19,395 nt of DNA. It comes from a virus. Taxonomy: Duplodnaviria > Heunggongvirae > Uroviricota > Caudoviricetes. The stretch lies in the IMG/VR virus record IMGVR_UViG_2541047813_000002; one strand, given 5' to 3'. The stretch's first letter is position 1; every line of letters starts with the position of its first letter. Shown piece by piece: positions 1-8,311 of the stretch. Below the pieces are notes generated by a model. It saw nothing but the letters and a program-made list of their open reading frames with translations. It did not search any database and was not told the origin of the DNA. Made by a program: the position numbers and the translations under genes.

Positions 1-339
1 TTATAATTTGTTACTGTGCCACTCAAGGGCAATATCTTTGAAGGTGTTGTTTAACTGCGTTTCCCGGGCAATCTTTTCCTCTCGCTTCACTTCCATCAGA
101 TCGATTCCCCCAGAGATACCTCTTTTAGCTTCTTCAAGTTTTGCAGGAGCATCAGCTAAGGTGACCTCAGGATACACACCTAGTGCTAACAGCTTCTCTT
201 TACCAGCTACACGATACTTGAGACGCCAATATTCTCCTCCACCAGGTTTTACCAGGAGGTACAGACCACCACCATCAGCCAACTTGTAAGCCTTCTCTTT
301 TGGCTTGGCAGTGTCTATTTGACGGGCATTGAGTTTCAC
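1..339 (-). CDS. int: Tyrosine integrase (P4-type), N-terminal 112 codons only; the gene continues beyond the window start. Apparent GTG start at 339.
   Basis: ORF open to window edge. N-terminus (M)KLNARQIDTAKPKEKAYKLADGGGLYLLVKP...WRLKYR is about 92% identical to the N-terminus of the complete integrase at 18181-19395 and has the typical P4-like integrase arm-binding N-domain. In-frame TAG upstream excludes a longer ORF. Confidence 0.85.
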   Translation of the reverse strand: MKLNARQIDTAKPKEKAYKLADGGGLYLLVKPGGGEYWRLKYRVAGKEKLLALGVYPEVTLADAPAKLEEAKRGISGGIDLMEVKREEKIARETQLNNTFKDIALEWHSNKL

Positions 340-575
340 TTGGGGGTATCTCCACTAAACTGAACAGCAAATCCCCTCAATTGCTTGTAGAGTTTGGGGT
401 ACTTAAATAGACGTCAAAAGACTAAAAGGGGCATTAATATACTGATTATAAGAGGTTTTTAAATACTTGAGTAGACGGGGATAATAGGAACAAAACAAAC
501 AACAAAAACACATTGATATATAATTATATTTTTTCATTACATCTTATAAGATACCCCCAAAAGTACCCCCAAACA
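339..575. promoter_or_regulatory. Integrase-proximal inverted-repeat cluster around an AT-rich core; putative int promoter and att/arm-type site region at the junction between two tandem islands
   Basis: TTGGGGGTATCT at 340-351 (+) and its reverse complement at 550-561; TTTGGGGTACT at 393-403 (+) and AGTACCCCCAAA at 562-573; the pairs flank an AT-rich segment (about 404-549) immediately upstream of the int start. Confidence 0.3.
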
Positions 576-885
576 ATTTTCTCTCACCACCATTTGCACA
601 TAAAGCAGCCATGTGCAACTGGTAACTGAACAGACGGGTAGACCATTCGTTCAGTAAATACCTGATATTTCCGCCAACGAAAAATTGCGTTGGCTGGCAG
701 AGTGCAAATTTGCACGATGACCTAACCCATTGATTTTTTCGAAAACCTGCAATGCAGGAGATCTGTGAAATAATCCTAACCCATTGGTTTTCCCACAATC
801 CTCAATTTGAGGAATGTACCTAAAACCATTTTTATAGCTCCGATCCCTTCAAAGTGAGGGGTAATTTGCCAAAACAGAGAGAGCA

Positions 886-1173
886 TTACTGTCTCTGGCA
901 ATCTTTATCGCGATAACGCCTGAAGTACCCTCTCGCTTCCTCATCCATACCAAGAGCCGAATGAGTCCGCTTAACTGCCTGTCTTAAATCTCCGAATCTG
1001 TCTGTAGTTGCTGGTGGGCGTGCCGCCTTACGGATACATTCAGAGCGTCTGTTTGCTGCATGTTCACGTTCTTTATCGCCATCTGCCAGCATCATGACTT
1101 CTGCCCATCGTGCGGCAGCTCTCCGGTATAGCCCTTTTGACTCCAGCTCTTCAGCTTTCCTGTCCTTTATCAT
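886..1173 (-). CDS. PerC-family-like small transcriptional regulator (95 aa)
   Basis: ATG at 1173 with GAGAGG 5 nt upstream. Sequence MIKDRKAEELESKGLYRRAAARWAEVM... matches my recollection of the PerC/Pch family N-terminal signature (AEELExKGLxRRAAxRW); not verified by search. Confidence 0.55.
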   Translation of the reverse strand: MIKDRKAEELESKGLYRRAAARWAEVMMLADGDKEREHAANRRSECIRKAARPPATTDRFGDLRQAVKRTHSALGMDEEARGYFRRYRDKDCQRQ

Positions 1174-1209
1174 TTCTGCCTCTCAGATTATATAGATAAG
1201 CAAAAAGGT

Positions 1210-1330
1210 GTTGGTTCAGTTGGTTCAGTTGGTTCAATTTGTAAAGAGCGTTGTTTTTATTGTGTTTTTTCTAAAATATTGAACCAACATCAACTCATTT
1301 TGAACCAACACAGCCCAGCTCTGAACCAAC
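1210..1330. repeat. Iteron module A: three contiguous GTTGGTTCA 9-mers (1210-1236), 43-bp AT-rich spacer, three TGAACCAAC 9-mers at 21-bp spacing (1280, 1301, 1322)
   Basis: Read directly from sequence. Reverse complement of module B at 9393-9504. Confidence 0.75.
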
Positions 1331-1432
1331 AACACAGCGATAGATTTGTGATTGGTCCGTTATTTTCTGACTGATATTTGAGCGTATAACAGTGTTATAC
1401 AGTGGTATACTGTATGGATATTACTCACTGAT

Positions 1433-1873
1433 ATGGTCTTTGCAATGAGCAAATCTAATCTGATCGCGTTCCGCATCCCATCTGAATTGCAGGATGAGTT
1501 TAATCGGTCTGTTCTCGCTTCTGGAGGGGATAAAACCTCCTGGCTTGTTGATGCGATTCGCATGAAGCTGGGACAGCCGGAAAAGTCTATTGATTCACGA
1601 ATGCTTGGGCTGGTGGAGCGCATGGAAAAAGCCGCAGCATCGCTTATTGCCGGAAAGCCGAACATCCCACCAAAGCCATATAACGAAACGGCAGTTATAA
1701 AGATCATTGCCGATACCATCCGACAGGGATTTGATAATGGGCGTGTGATAGCTGAACGGCTCAATGAAGCAGGCTACCAAACAAAAGCTGGTAAAGCGTG
1801 GGATAAAGACATTTACAGCGCGTGGAAGCGTCAGGGTAACAATATTAAAAGAATCAATACGCTGCTTCAGTAA
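1433..1873 (+). CDS. Putative DNA-binding protein (146 aa) with RHH-like N-terminus and recombinase-type HTH-like C-terminal segment; start could be M5 at 1445
   Basis: ORF adjacent to iteron module A and to palindromes at about 1384-1415 (TATAACAGTGTTATA, ATACAGTGGTATACTGTAT). N-terminus KSNLIAFRIPSELQDEFNRSV and C-terminus IAERLNEAGYQTKAGKAWDKDIYSAWKR. Function is inferred. Confidence 0.55.
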   Translation: MVFAMSKSNLIAFRIPSELQDEFNRSVLASGGDKTSWLVDAIRMKLGQPEKSIDSRMLGLVERMEKAAASLIAGKPNIPPKPYNETAVIKIIADTIRQGFDNGRVIAERLNEAGYQTKAGKAWDKDIYSAWKRQGNNIKRINTLLQ

Positions 1874-1902
1874 TTGATCAGTGTATAAATGATATTTATC
1901 GC

Positions 1903-2925
1903 TCAATCGCTCCCTTTCCGCCCTTCAGCTACAGGGTCGTTGTCGGCGATAACAAAACCTAAGTCCTGAGAGAATCTCTCTCGTGGGAATCCTTTAGCAG
2001 GTAAACCCATTGAATCATATCCACATCCGGGAACATTTGGTTTAGAGTCAATAAGGTCTGCAATTTGCCGAAGCCATGTTGATCCCGGACCAAGTCGTTT
2101 AACTAAGTACCAGATAATACAGATCGCGCTAAAAATCCTCTCGCAACTCTCTGGATGGAGATTAAGTCCGTCAAAGTATTCATTATCCGGTACTGGAACT
2201 CGGGGATGCTTTCTATTCCATATTCTGGAATGGTGAGCGCAACGATTCCTTATGAGATTAAGGCACTTCAACCATTTTGCAAATGTCTGCTTATTATCAA
2301 TGCCAAAACGACGTATAATTTTCCCCTGCATATGACCATTAAGCATCGCATAATATTTAGACATCTGACCAAAATCCCATGTCTCCACCGCCACCCAAAA
2401 TGGAATCTCCTTGCCTTGGCTTCGATGCCATTCAATACAGTCATCTCTGCTTTCGTCTAATTTTACTTTTTGCTTATACACCCAATGCTCGAAGGCAGAT
2501 GAGAATTTTGGATTAATGTATTTTGATGACATGTAGGCAAGTGGATCATTGCGACCAACCTCATGCGCGATGACTGAACGAACATGAATCTCTATTCTTT
2601 CGATAGCATCAATCATCAAAAGACGCAGTTTTTTGTCAAAAAGATATAGATCGTACGTCTTCTCGAAACTGGTACCAGCAAGAAATCGGTCTGTTCTGTA
2701 CGAAAGACCTTTATCTGTTGTCGCAATAATTCTTGAAGGGTACCAAAAACCTGACAATCGATAATATCCAACCTGCGACAGCTTACGTATCGCACGATTT
2801 CGATCATTGATAATCATGCCACGTTCAAGTAGCAATCCTAGCAATTCGTGATAGTCCTTATGAGGCTTTGCGGCAATCATAGTGGCGAAACAAAAGATAA
2901 TAAAAGGCCCGACCGTGAAACTCAC
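1903..2925 (-). CDS. Abi_2 family (AbiD/AbiF-like) abortive-infection protein; true start possibly ATG at 2880
   Basis: KPHKDYHELLGLLLERGMIINDRNRAIRKLSQVGYYRLSGFWYP matches the conserved Abi_2 N-terminal signature (...YYRLSxYWYP). Lower-GC than the replication module. No convincing RBS at either candidate start. Confidence 0.8.
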   Translation of the reverse strand: MSFTVGPFIIFCFATMIAAKPHKDYHELLGLLLERGMIINDRNRAIRKLSQVGYYRLSGFWYPSRIIATTDKGLSYRTDRFLAGTSFEKTYDLYLFDKKLRLLMIDAIERIEIHVRSVIAHEVGRNDPLAYMSSKYINPKFSSAFEHWVYKQKVKLDESRDDCIEWHRSQGKEIPFWVAVETWDFGQMSKYYAMLNGHMQGKIIRRFGIDNKQTFAKWLKCLNLIRNRCAHHSRIWNRKHPRVPVPDNEYFDGLNLHPESCERIFSAICIIWYLVKRLGPGSTWLRQIADLIDSKPNVPGCGYDSMGLPAKGFPRERFSQDLGFVIADNDPVAEGRKGSD

Positions 2926-3682
2926 ATGCCTGAAATCGGCGGCGGAGAAACAGAGGATCGGGCTCGGTTGCCTGTAACTCTATCCGAAGTTATCCACATG
3001 TCAATGCACAGTTACTTAGGAAACTAACATAGATACTATCATCACTCACGAAAAACCACTATATGTGGTTTTTATTCATATCGTTATCCACTACAGGCTG
3101 TGTCAATAACTTTTACCTATTAATTGGGTAATTTCTACATTTTCCTATGCTGGCTAGTTTCTCTACTGAAAAGTTGGCACTCCTTAATCGCTTTTCGGTT
3201 AATACTATCGGTCTTCATATTGCCAGCAGCATACGCCATCCGATAATTTCTATGCTACGCGCGCGTACTTGTCGCAAAATATCAGGCAAAGGCCAGATTC
3301 AGAACGTCGTGATAACCACCAGCACAACATGAGATGTCATGTAACACGATTTATCACATCAGATACATGTGATTGGTGTACCCGCATAAAACATCGTCAT
3401 AGCGCGTCCTGTGCACATATACGCCGATAATCAACACATCACCACCACTCTGTCTCGTGTAGAGAACAGTTTCATGGTATCCCCCGCCATCGTGTGCGTA
3501 CTGGTCGGACGTAGTTGCAAAATTTTTGCAACTGATACCCCTCGCGCGCGTACTGGTCACGAAATTGGTGTTTTGCTGTGGCAGTGATATCAGAAAAATC
3601 TTCCTGTTTCACATAAAGCGGATATGCGCGTACTGTAACAGCCCCATCAACTGGGAGCGGATTTGAAATCCCGACCCAAGCT

Positions 3683-4102
3683 ATGTACCAAATGCCATGT
3701 CTTGGATATATGATGATTGCCATTCTAAACAAAGCTAAAGGGAGGGTTGGTGTGAATGCTCAGGCTGTCATCATGGTTTTCCTTGGTCTGATTGTCGCAA
3801 AACTATATCCAGACTGGTGGAAAGGGGCATTAGCAACTGTCGCCATCTATTTGCTTTTATCCGTCGTTAAGCGATCGTTCGTTAAGACCGTAAATCAAGC
3901 AAAACGTTTCTCATTTAAGAATTTAATAAACTATATTACTGGGCTTATTTTTTGCCTTTCACTTTTGATCGCTTCAGCTTTTTTGCCCGTATCAATAGCT
4001 AATTTTTTTGGCGCACCATATGAGGTAGGTTATCTATTCTCTGTTTTTTGTCTTGTTCTTTCCCTTCTTTACCTATGGATGAGAGCAAAGAACAAAAATT
4101 AG
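3683..4102 (+). CDS. Small polytopic membrane protein (about 116-139 aa); probable start GTG at 3752
   Basis: AAGGGAGGG sits 5 nt upstream of GTG 3752. Three to four hydrophobic helices (VIMVFLGLIVAKLY, ATVAIYLLLSVV, ITGLIFCLSLLIASAFL, LFSVFCLVLSLLYLW). AT-rich. Convergent with the 701-aa gene. Confidence 0.55.
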   Translation: MYQMPCLGYMMIAILNKAKGRVGVNAQAVIMVFLGLIVAKLYPDWWKGALATVAIYLLLSVVKRSFVKTVNQAKRFSFKNLINYITGLIFCLSLLIASAFLPVSIANFFGAPYEVGYLFSVFCLVLSLLYLWMRAKNKN

Positions 4103-4120
4103 CCATCCATGGCTAACCAG

Positions 4121-6226
4121 TTATTGAGCTTCTTTTTGTGATGCCTGTGCGACTCTGGTGAGCGATTGTGTGACCGTACTGATCGCTCTGTCATATGCTG
4201 TGCTACCTTTTGGCGTATTTGCCAGACGTAACAAGGCATTTCGTATAACAGGGCTTTCGTATGCCTTCGCTGCTCCGCCTACGGCACCAGCAGCAGGAAC
4301 AACAAACGCAGCCGTTTTTAGCATCCCCGCTAATACTGCTGCGTTTATGATGCCACCACCAACTAACAATCCATAAAGCTGCTGACCATTTAAGTTTTGA
4401 ACGTTCGCTTTTGCCGCGTGTCTTGTATCGTTGAGGTATTTAATAACGCCGTCCAGTTCCTTTCCATGTACGCCTTTAAAGAAAGTTGCTGATTGCTTCC
4501 TGTTCCGGTGTAACGCATTAATAAACTTCTCAACACTGATATTTCCAGACGGATCAGTCGCCTTATCTACAGCATTCTGAACTATGGCTGCTCGTGCGTT
4601 TTGCCTACCATTGTCATCCAGAAGCCTGTAAAGCTGAGAACGTTCTGATGGGCTTTGGCTAAAAACGAGTTTTGTTACATCCTCAGGCGTGGCCTTGCCG
4701 CTGGCTATTGCCTTTTGAACGCGCGTTCTTCCCATCATGTCATTGAATTTAGACCATGAACGATCAACCCTTGCCATATTAATGGCTTCGTCTGCTCCAA
4801 GATTTTTGGCTACGGCTTTTTTCATATCCGCCGTATATGCCTTGTAGATAATATCGCTGGCTTTCTGGAGCGTATCTTTATCAACAGTGTCAGATGACGC
4901 CATAAATCGCTTTCGAAGATCGGTTCTGTTTTCCCTCGCCAGACGCAGGTCATTTGGTCCGCTGGTGATATCGTCTTTAAATTGCTGCAAGACTTTTACC
5001 GCGGCTCTATCCTGAGATTTGCCCGGGCGGCTTAACACGGCAATCTGATTGTCGATAGCTTTTACCGTGTTTGAGAGATCGACAGGGGTATCCCCCATAG
5101 CGTCAATTATGCGGTTATATCGCTTTCCTGCTGCCTCAATGAATTTTTGTTGCCCTTTAGTCGCAGATTCATAAAGCTGTTTATCAGAAATGCCACCCAG
5201 ACCATCGCTAAATGTTCTGACTAAATTTTCTCGTGCTTGTTGTTGATTCAGCCGATTCTTACCGGTTCCAAAAAAAGGAACTCTTTCGCCTAATGTCTGA
5301 GCCTGACTCTGCATAAAGGTTTTATCTTTCAGCATGTCACTGGTCATTAACGGCAGATTTCTTTCCGATGCAAAGTCGACAGCAGCCTTTGCTTCAGGCG
5401 ACATATCACCACGAACAGCCCTCGAAACCGCACTCGCTGTATTTTCCAGCCCCTTACCAATACCACCAATGCCAGCAGAAATTACCGTTTGTAACGGTTC
5501 AATATCTTCTCCACCAGCAAGGCTAGTGGCTCCCTGTAGTGCTAAATCTGTAGCTGCTGATTTTCCTATGGCACCAAGCACCGTTCCAGCCCTGCCAGCT
5601 GGTGTAAACGCCAACGCATTAGCAAGAAACGAAGTCAGGTCTTGCGGTGATAAACCCGGCTTGTTCAGGGCATAATCACCTGATGGCAGAGAAACGATAG
5701 TATTCCCCTTCTCATCCTGCCTTAATGTCGCCCCCATTCCCTGAAGAATCTTTTCCTGAGACGCGTCAGAGCCGAAAAGTTGAGACCATCCAGCCTTTAG
5801 GGCATCCATGCTTAGTGAGTTCAATTCTGGGGCAGAGGCGACATTTTGCAGTCTCTCCATCTCTGGAGTCATTCGGCTTTCGCCTGTTATAGCATCGCGC
5901 ATCGCAGCCCCAAGACTGGCTCCCTGTTCTGCTGAACGCTCAAGCCCCTCTCTTTGCTGAGTAGCTAACTTTGCATACCCTGACGCAAGAGAATTATCAG
6001 ATGATGTATGTTGAATATTTTGAGTTGCTGATTGGGATCGGTCTATTTCATTCGTTGATGGTAGTGGATAGGCAGCATAAAAAGCCTGCTTAGCCTGCTC
6101 TACACTTTCTCCGGCTTGCGGGGCAACGACTTCATTGAAGTATTGCTCCTGAGCCTGCGCTTTTTGTTCTGGTGCTAACGCCTGATACTGTGGAGAGGCG
6201 ATAACATCTTTCCATGCTTTAGCCAT
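4121..6226 (-). CDS. Large Q/A/G-rich protein (701 aa) with C-terminal glycine-zipper hydrophobic segment; phage ejection/DNA-transfer protein-like (P22 gp16-like by size and position)
   Basis: Long ORF; ATGA start/stop overlap with the upstream gene at 6226; C-terminal LLVGGGIINAAVLAGMLKTAAFVVPAAGAVGGAAKA. The family assignment is an inference, not a match. Confidence 0.85.
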   Translation of the reverse strand: MAKAWKDVIASPQYQALAPEQKAQAQEQYFNEVVAPQAGESVEQAKQAFYAAYPLPSTNEIDRSQSATQNIQHTSSDNSLASGYAKLATQQREGLERSAEQGASLGAAMRDAITGESRMTPEMERLQNVASAPELNSLSMDALKAGWSQLFGSDASQEKILQGMGATLRQDEKGNTIVSLPSGDYALNKPGLSPQDLTSFLANALAFTPAGRAGTVLGAIGKSAATDLALQGATSLAGGEDIEPLQTVISAGIGGIGKGLENTASAVSRAVRGDMSPEAKAAVDFASERNLPLMTSDMLKDKTFMQSQAQTLGERVPFFGTGKNRLNQQQARENLVRTFSDGLGGISDKQLYESATKGQQKFIEAAGKRYNRIIDAMGDTPVDLSNTVKAIDNQIAVLSRPGKSQDRAAVKVLQQFKDDITSGPNDLRLARENRTDLRKRFMASSDTVDKDTLQKASDIIYKAYTADMKKAVAKNLGADEAINMARVDRSWSKFNDMMGRTRVQKAIASGKATPEDVTKLVFSQSPSERSQLYRLLDDNGRQNARAAIVQNAVDKATDPSGNISVEKFINALHRNRKQSATFFKGVHGKELDGVIKYLNDTRHAAKANVQNLNGQQLYGLLVGGGIINAAVLAGMLKTAAFVVPAAGAVGGAAKAYESPVIRNALLRLANTPKGSTAYDRAISTVTQSLTRVAQASQKEAQ

Positions 6227-7359
6227 TAATCACCCCATAGTGAAGAAAAGTTACTGCTGGCTGCTGGCTGTGATACCTGCTCAGATTGCGGCAATGTCTG
6301 CGACGAAGAAGAAGTTCCTCTGTCAACTGCTGAAATAACCCGCAAAGCATCATAAGCTCGACCAGAAGCAGCTTTCAGCGAATTGAACTGGTTTTCCATC
6401 TTCCGGCGCTTGGTATCAATGGTTTTTGTGGAGTCGCCAGGCTGAGGGAAATACATTTGATAATATTTTGACATTTCAGCAGGTGCGATAGCTGCCCCTG
6501 TTTCCTGACGGAGTATTGCCATTATTGCGTCATTAGCATTAACAACGTATTGCTGCTCTGTTGGGCTGAGCGTTAAGTTAGCCAGCGTCCCATTACCCAA
6601 AGCATTATTAATGATCGCCACTCGCTGTGGGCTAAGCTGGTCTCTCAGTGTATCTATTGAATCAAGAGCATCCCTAACCCTGTATGCAAATCCAGCAGCT
6701 TTTTTAGCCCCTTCTGGCGACTTTTCCATGATCTTTTGGGCTGTTGGCAAAGCTATTGGACGAAACCCATCTCCAGATATTGGCTGGTTTAGTTTTCCCT
6801 GCTCTTCACTTCCGTCTGTGTAGTATTTTGTGACAGTGCCATCATCGTTTTCTCTAACACTCATTAATTTTTTGGCGTTTGTATTAATTCCAGCCGCTGC
6901 CGCAAATGCCGCCGCCCCCTCTGGATCCGCCTTTAACATTTGAGCGTACTGATTGTAATTCTGCATTGCTGCTGTTGGTGCATATGCTGACGTTAACGCA
7001 TTTGCTCGGCTAATATCCTGCCCTCTCGCCTGAAGTGCTTCGCCAGCCTGATTGCTGCGGATTGTTTCTGCCAACTTGCCACGCTCAATATCCCGACCTT
7101 CCATTTGATCTTTGATATCGAAATACTTCTCATGACCGAGAGAAAACAGTGCCATACTACCAGCAAGCCGCTGGAATCCCTGTGGATCATTAACATGCAT
7201 TTCGGCAACAGACTCAGGAGAAATTCCCAAGCGACGCATTTCATCTTCGTTATCTGCTATGAATTTTCCAAATGCCCCAGTTCCGAGCGAAGATGCGATT
7301 TGAGCACTAGTCGCAAGATGACCAATAGAATTTCTCTGGTCGTCATCAATAAAGCCCAT
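6226..7359 (-). CDS. C-terminal 377 codons of an apparently split ~470-aa gene (P22 gp20-like size)
   Basis: Reading frame stays open and protein-like upstream of the ATG back to a TGA at 7420-7422. No usable RBS before ATG 7359 (AAAGGG abuts the ATG). Confidence 0.75.
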   Translation of the reverse strand: MGFIDDDQRNSIGHLATSAQIASSLGTGAFGKFIADNEDEMRRLGISPESVAEMHVNDPQGFQRLAGSMALFSLGHEKYFDIKDQMEGRDIERGKLAETIRSNQAGEALQARGQDISRANALTSAYAPTAAMQNYNQYAQMLKADPEGAAAFAAAAGINTNAKKLMSVRENDDGTVTKYYTDGSEEQGKLNQPISGDGFRPIALPTAQKIMEKSPEGAKKAAGFAYRVRDALDSIDTLRDQLSPQRVAIINNALGNGTLANLTLSPTEQQYVVNANDAIMAILRQETGAAIAPAEMSKYYQMYFPQPGDSTKTIDTKRRKMENQFNSLKAASGRAYDALRVISAVDRGTSSSSQTLPQSEQVSQPAASSNFSSLWGD

Positions 7360-7634
7360 CCCTTTCTGAACGCTTTCAAATTCTTCTGGATACTCAGCAT
7401 TTTGTTTCTGTCTCCAGACTCAAAAGCCCCGGCATATGCTTTCTGAAACTCTGCTTTACGCTGTTGTTGACGTGCCTGCTGATTAATCTCAGCAACGCCT
7501 CTTAGCCCCTGTAGCGCCATTAAACCTACGTTTGGCTGCTGCTGATACTGCACAGGCTGAGGAACGGAAGAACGAGGAGCATTATCATTTTGCGGTGCCA
7601 TGCTAGGCAGCCCGCCAAGTTGCCATGTCGCCAT
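7257..7634 (-). CDS. N-terminal fragment of the same split gene; translationally coupled to the upstream 225-aa gene (TAATG); protein-like only for the first ~80 codons
   Basis: ATG 7634 overlaps the stop of the 225-aa gene. Sequence is Q-rich like its neighbours until about 7400, then becomes junk-like (ALLMTTREILLVILRLV) where the 377-codon frame takes over. Confidence 0.5.
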   Translation of the reverse strand: MATWQLGGLPSMAPQNDNAPRSSVPQPVQYQQQPNVGLMALQGLRGVAEINQQARQQQRKAEFQKAYAGAFESGDRNKMLSIQKNLKAFRKGWALLMTTREILLVILRLVLKSHLRSELGHLENS

Positions 7635-8311
7635 TAGAATCCAAGCCCCCCAACAAGACCAATAAGCCCACCACCAATAGCCCCGGCGACATTACCTATA
7701 CCCGGAACAACGGAACCAAGTTGCGCACCCGCTAAAGCGCCTGATGCCGCCCCACCAATACCACGCGCAAGACTGGATGGCTGCTGCGCCTGACCTGCAC
7801 GAATAGCGCCAAGCCCCTGCAAGAGTTGCCCGGTATTATTGGCGTAGTTTTGCCCTGCTGTTGCCTGCCCTGATGCCGCATTCATCCCGACATTTAGCAG
7901 GTTTCCATAATTTTGCATTTGCCCACTAAGCCAATTGTTATAAAGCATGGGCGCAATGGAAGATAACTGGTTACTGGTAGCTGTTGAGCCAAGCCCCCCG
8001 GTAGCTTCTGCTGAGACAAGGTTCTGATAACGGGCCTGATCTGCCTGTGTTTTATATAAACCAGAACCAAAGAAATCATTCGCGGCTTTATTCTGCCCTT
8101 CCAGAGTCATCAGTCCTTGTAGTTGTTGTAAAGCAGGCAATCCGACTTCTGCATACGGCTTGAGATTATTCATCACCGTATTCCACTGCTCGCGCTGCAA
8201 ATCAATTGCCTGCTGCTGGGCCTTCGCCTGAGCTTTAGAGGCACCACCATCACCGCCTTTTTCGTATACGGCACGATTGAGATGTTTATGAGCTATATGG
8301 GTAATTAACAT
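7634..8311 (-). CDS. Q/G-rich protein (225 aa) with C-terminal glycine-zipper; ejection-protein-like (P22 gp7-like size)
   Basis: ATG 8311 with AAGGAA upstream; overlaps the stop of the 153-aa gene. Contains EKGGDGGASKAQAKAQQQ and ends GIGNVAGAIGGGLIGLVGGLGF. Confidence 0.85.
   Translation of the reverse strand: MLITHIAHKHLNRAVYEKGGDGGASKAQAKAQQQAIDLQREQWNTVMNNLKPYAEVGLPALQQLQGLMTLEGQNKAANDFFGSGLYKTQADQARYQNLVSAEATGGLGSTATSNQLSSIAPMLYNNWLSGQMQNYGNLLNVGMNAASGQATAGQNYANNTGQLLQGLGAIRAGQAQQPSSLARGIGGAASGALAGAQLGSVVPGIGNVAGAIGGGLIGLVGGLGF

Noticed and set aside
8-289. 93-aa plus-strand ORF (a near-identical one lies at 19064-19345)
   Set aside because: Antisense to the integrase coding sequences; it appears twice only because the two integrase genes are homologous.
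544-798. 84-aa minus-strand ORF
   Set aside because: Lies in a repeat- and palindrome-rich non-coding stretch (CCTAACCCATTG twice, GTGCAAATTTGCAC); W/C-rich junk-like composition and no RBS.
3147-3732. Three short ORFs (3147-3332 +, 3354-3560 -, 3472-3732 -)
   Set aside because: They overlap one another inside the palindrome-rich intergenic region, with no RBS and poor composition.
5334-5675. Antisense ORFs inside the 701-aa, 377-aa and primase genes (for example 5334-5675, 6611-6823, 10033-10314, 10506-10793, 11441-11714)
   Set aside because: They are embedded opposite long, well-supported genes and have low-complexity composition.
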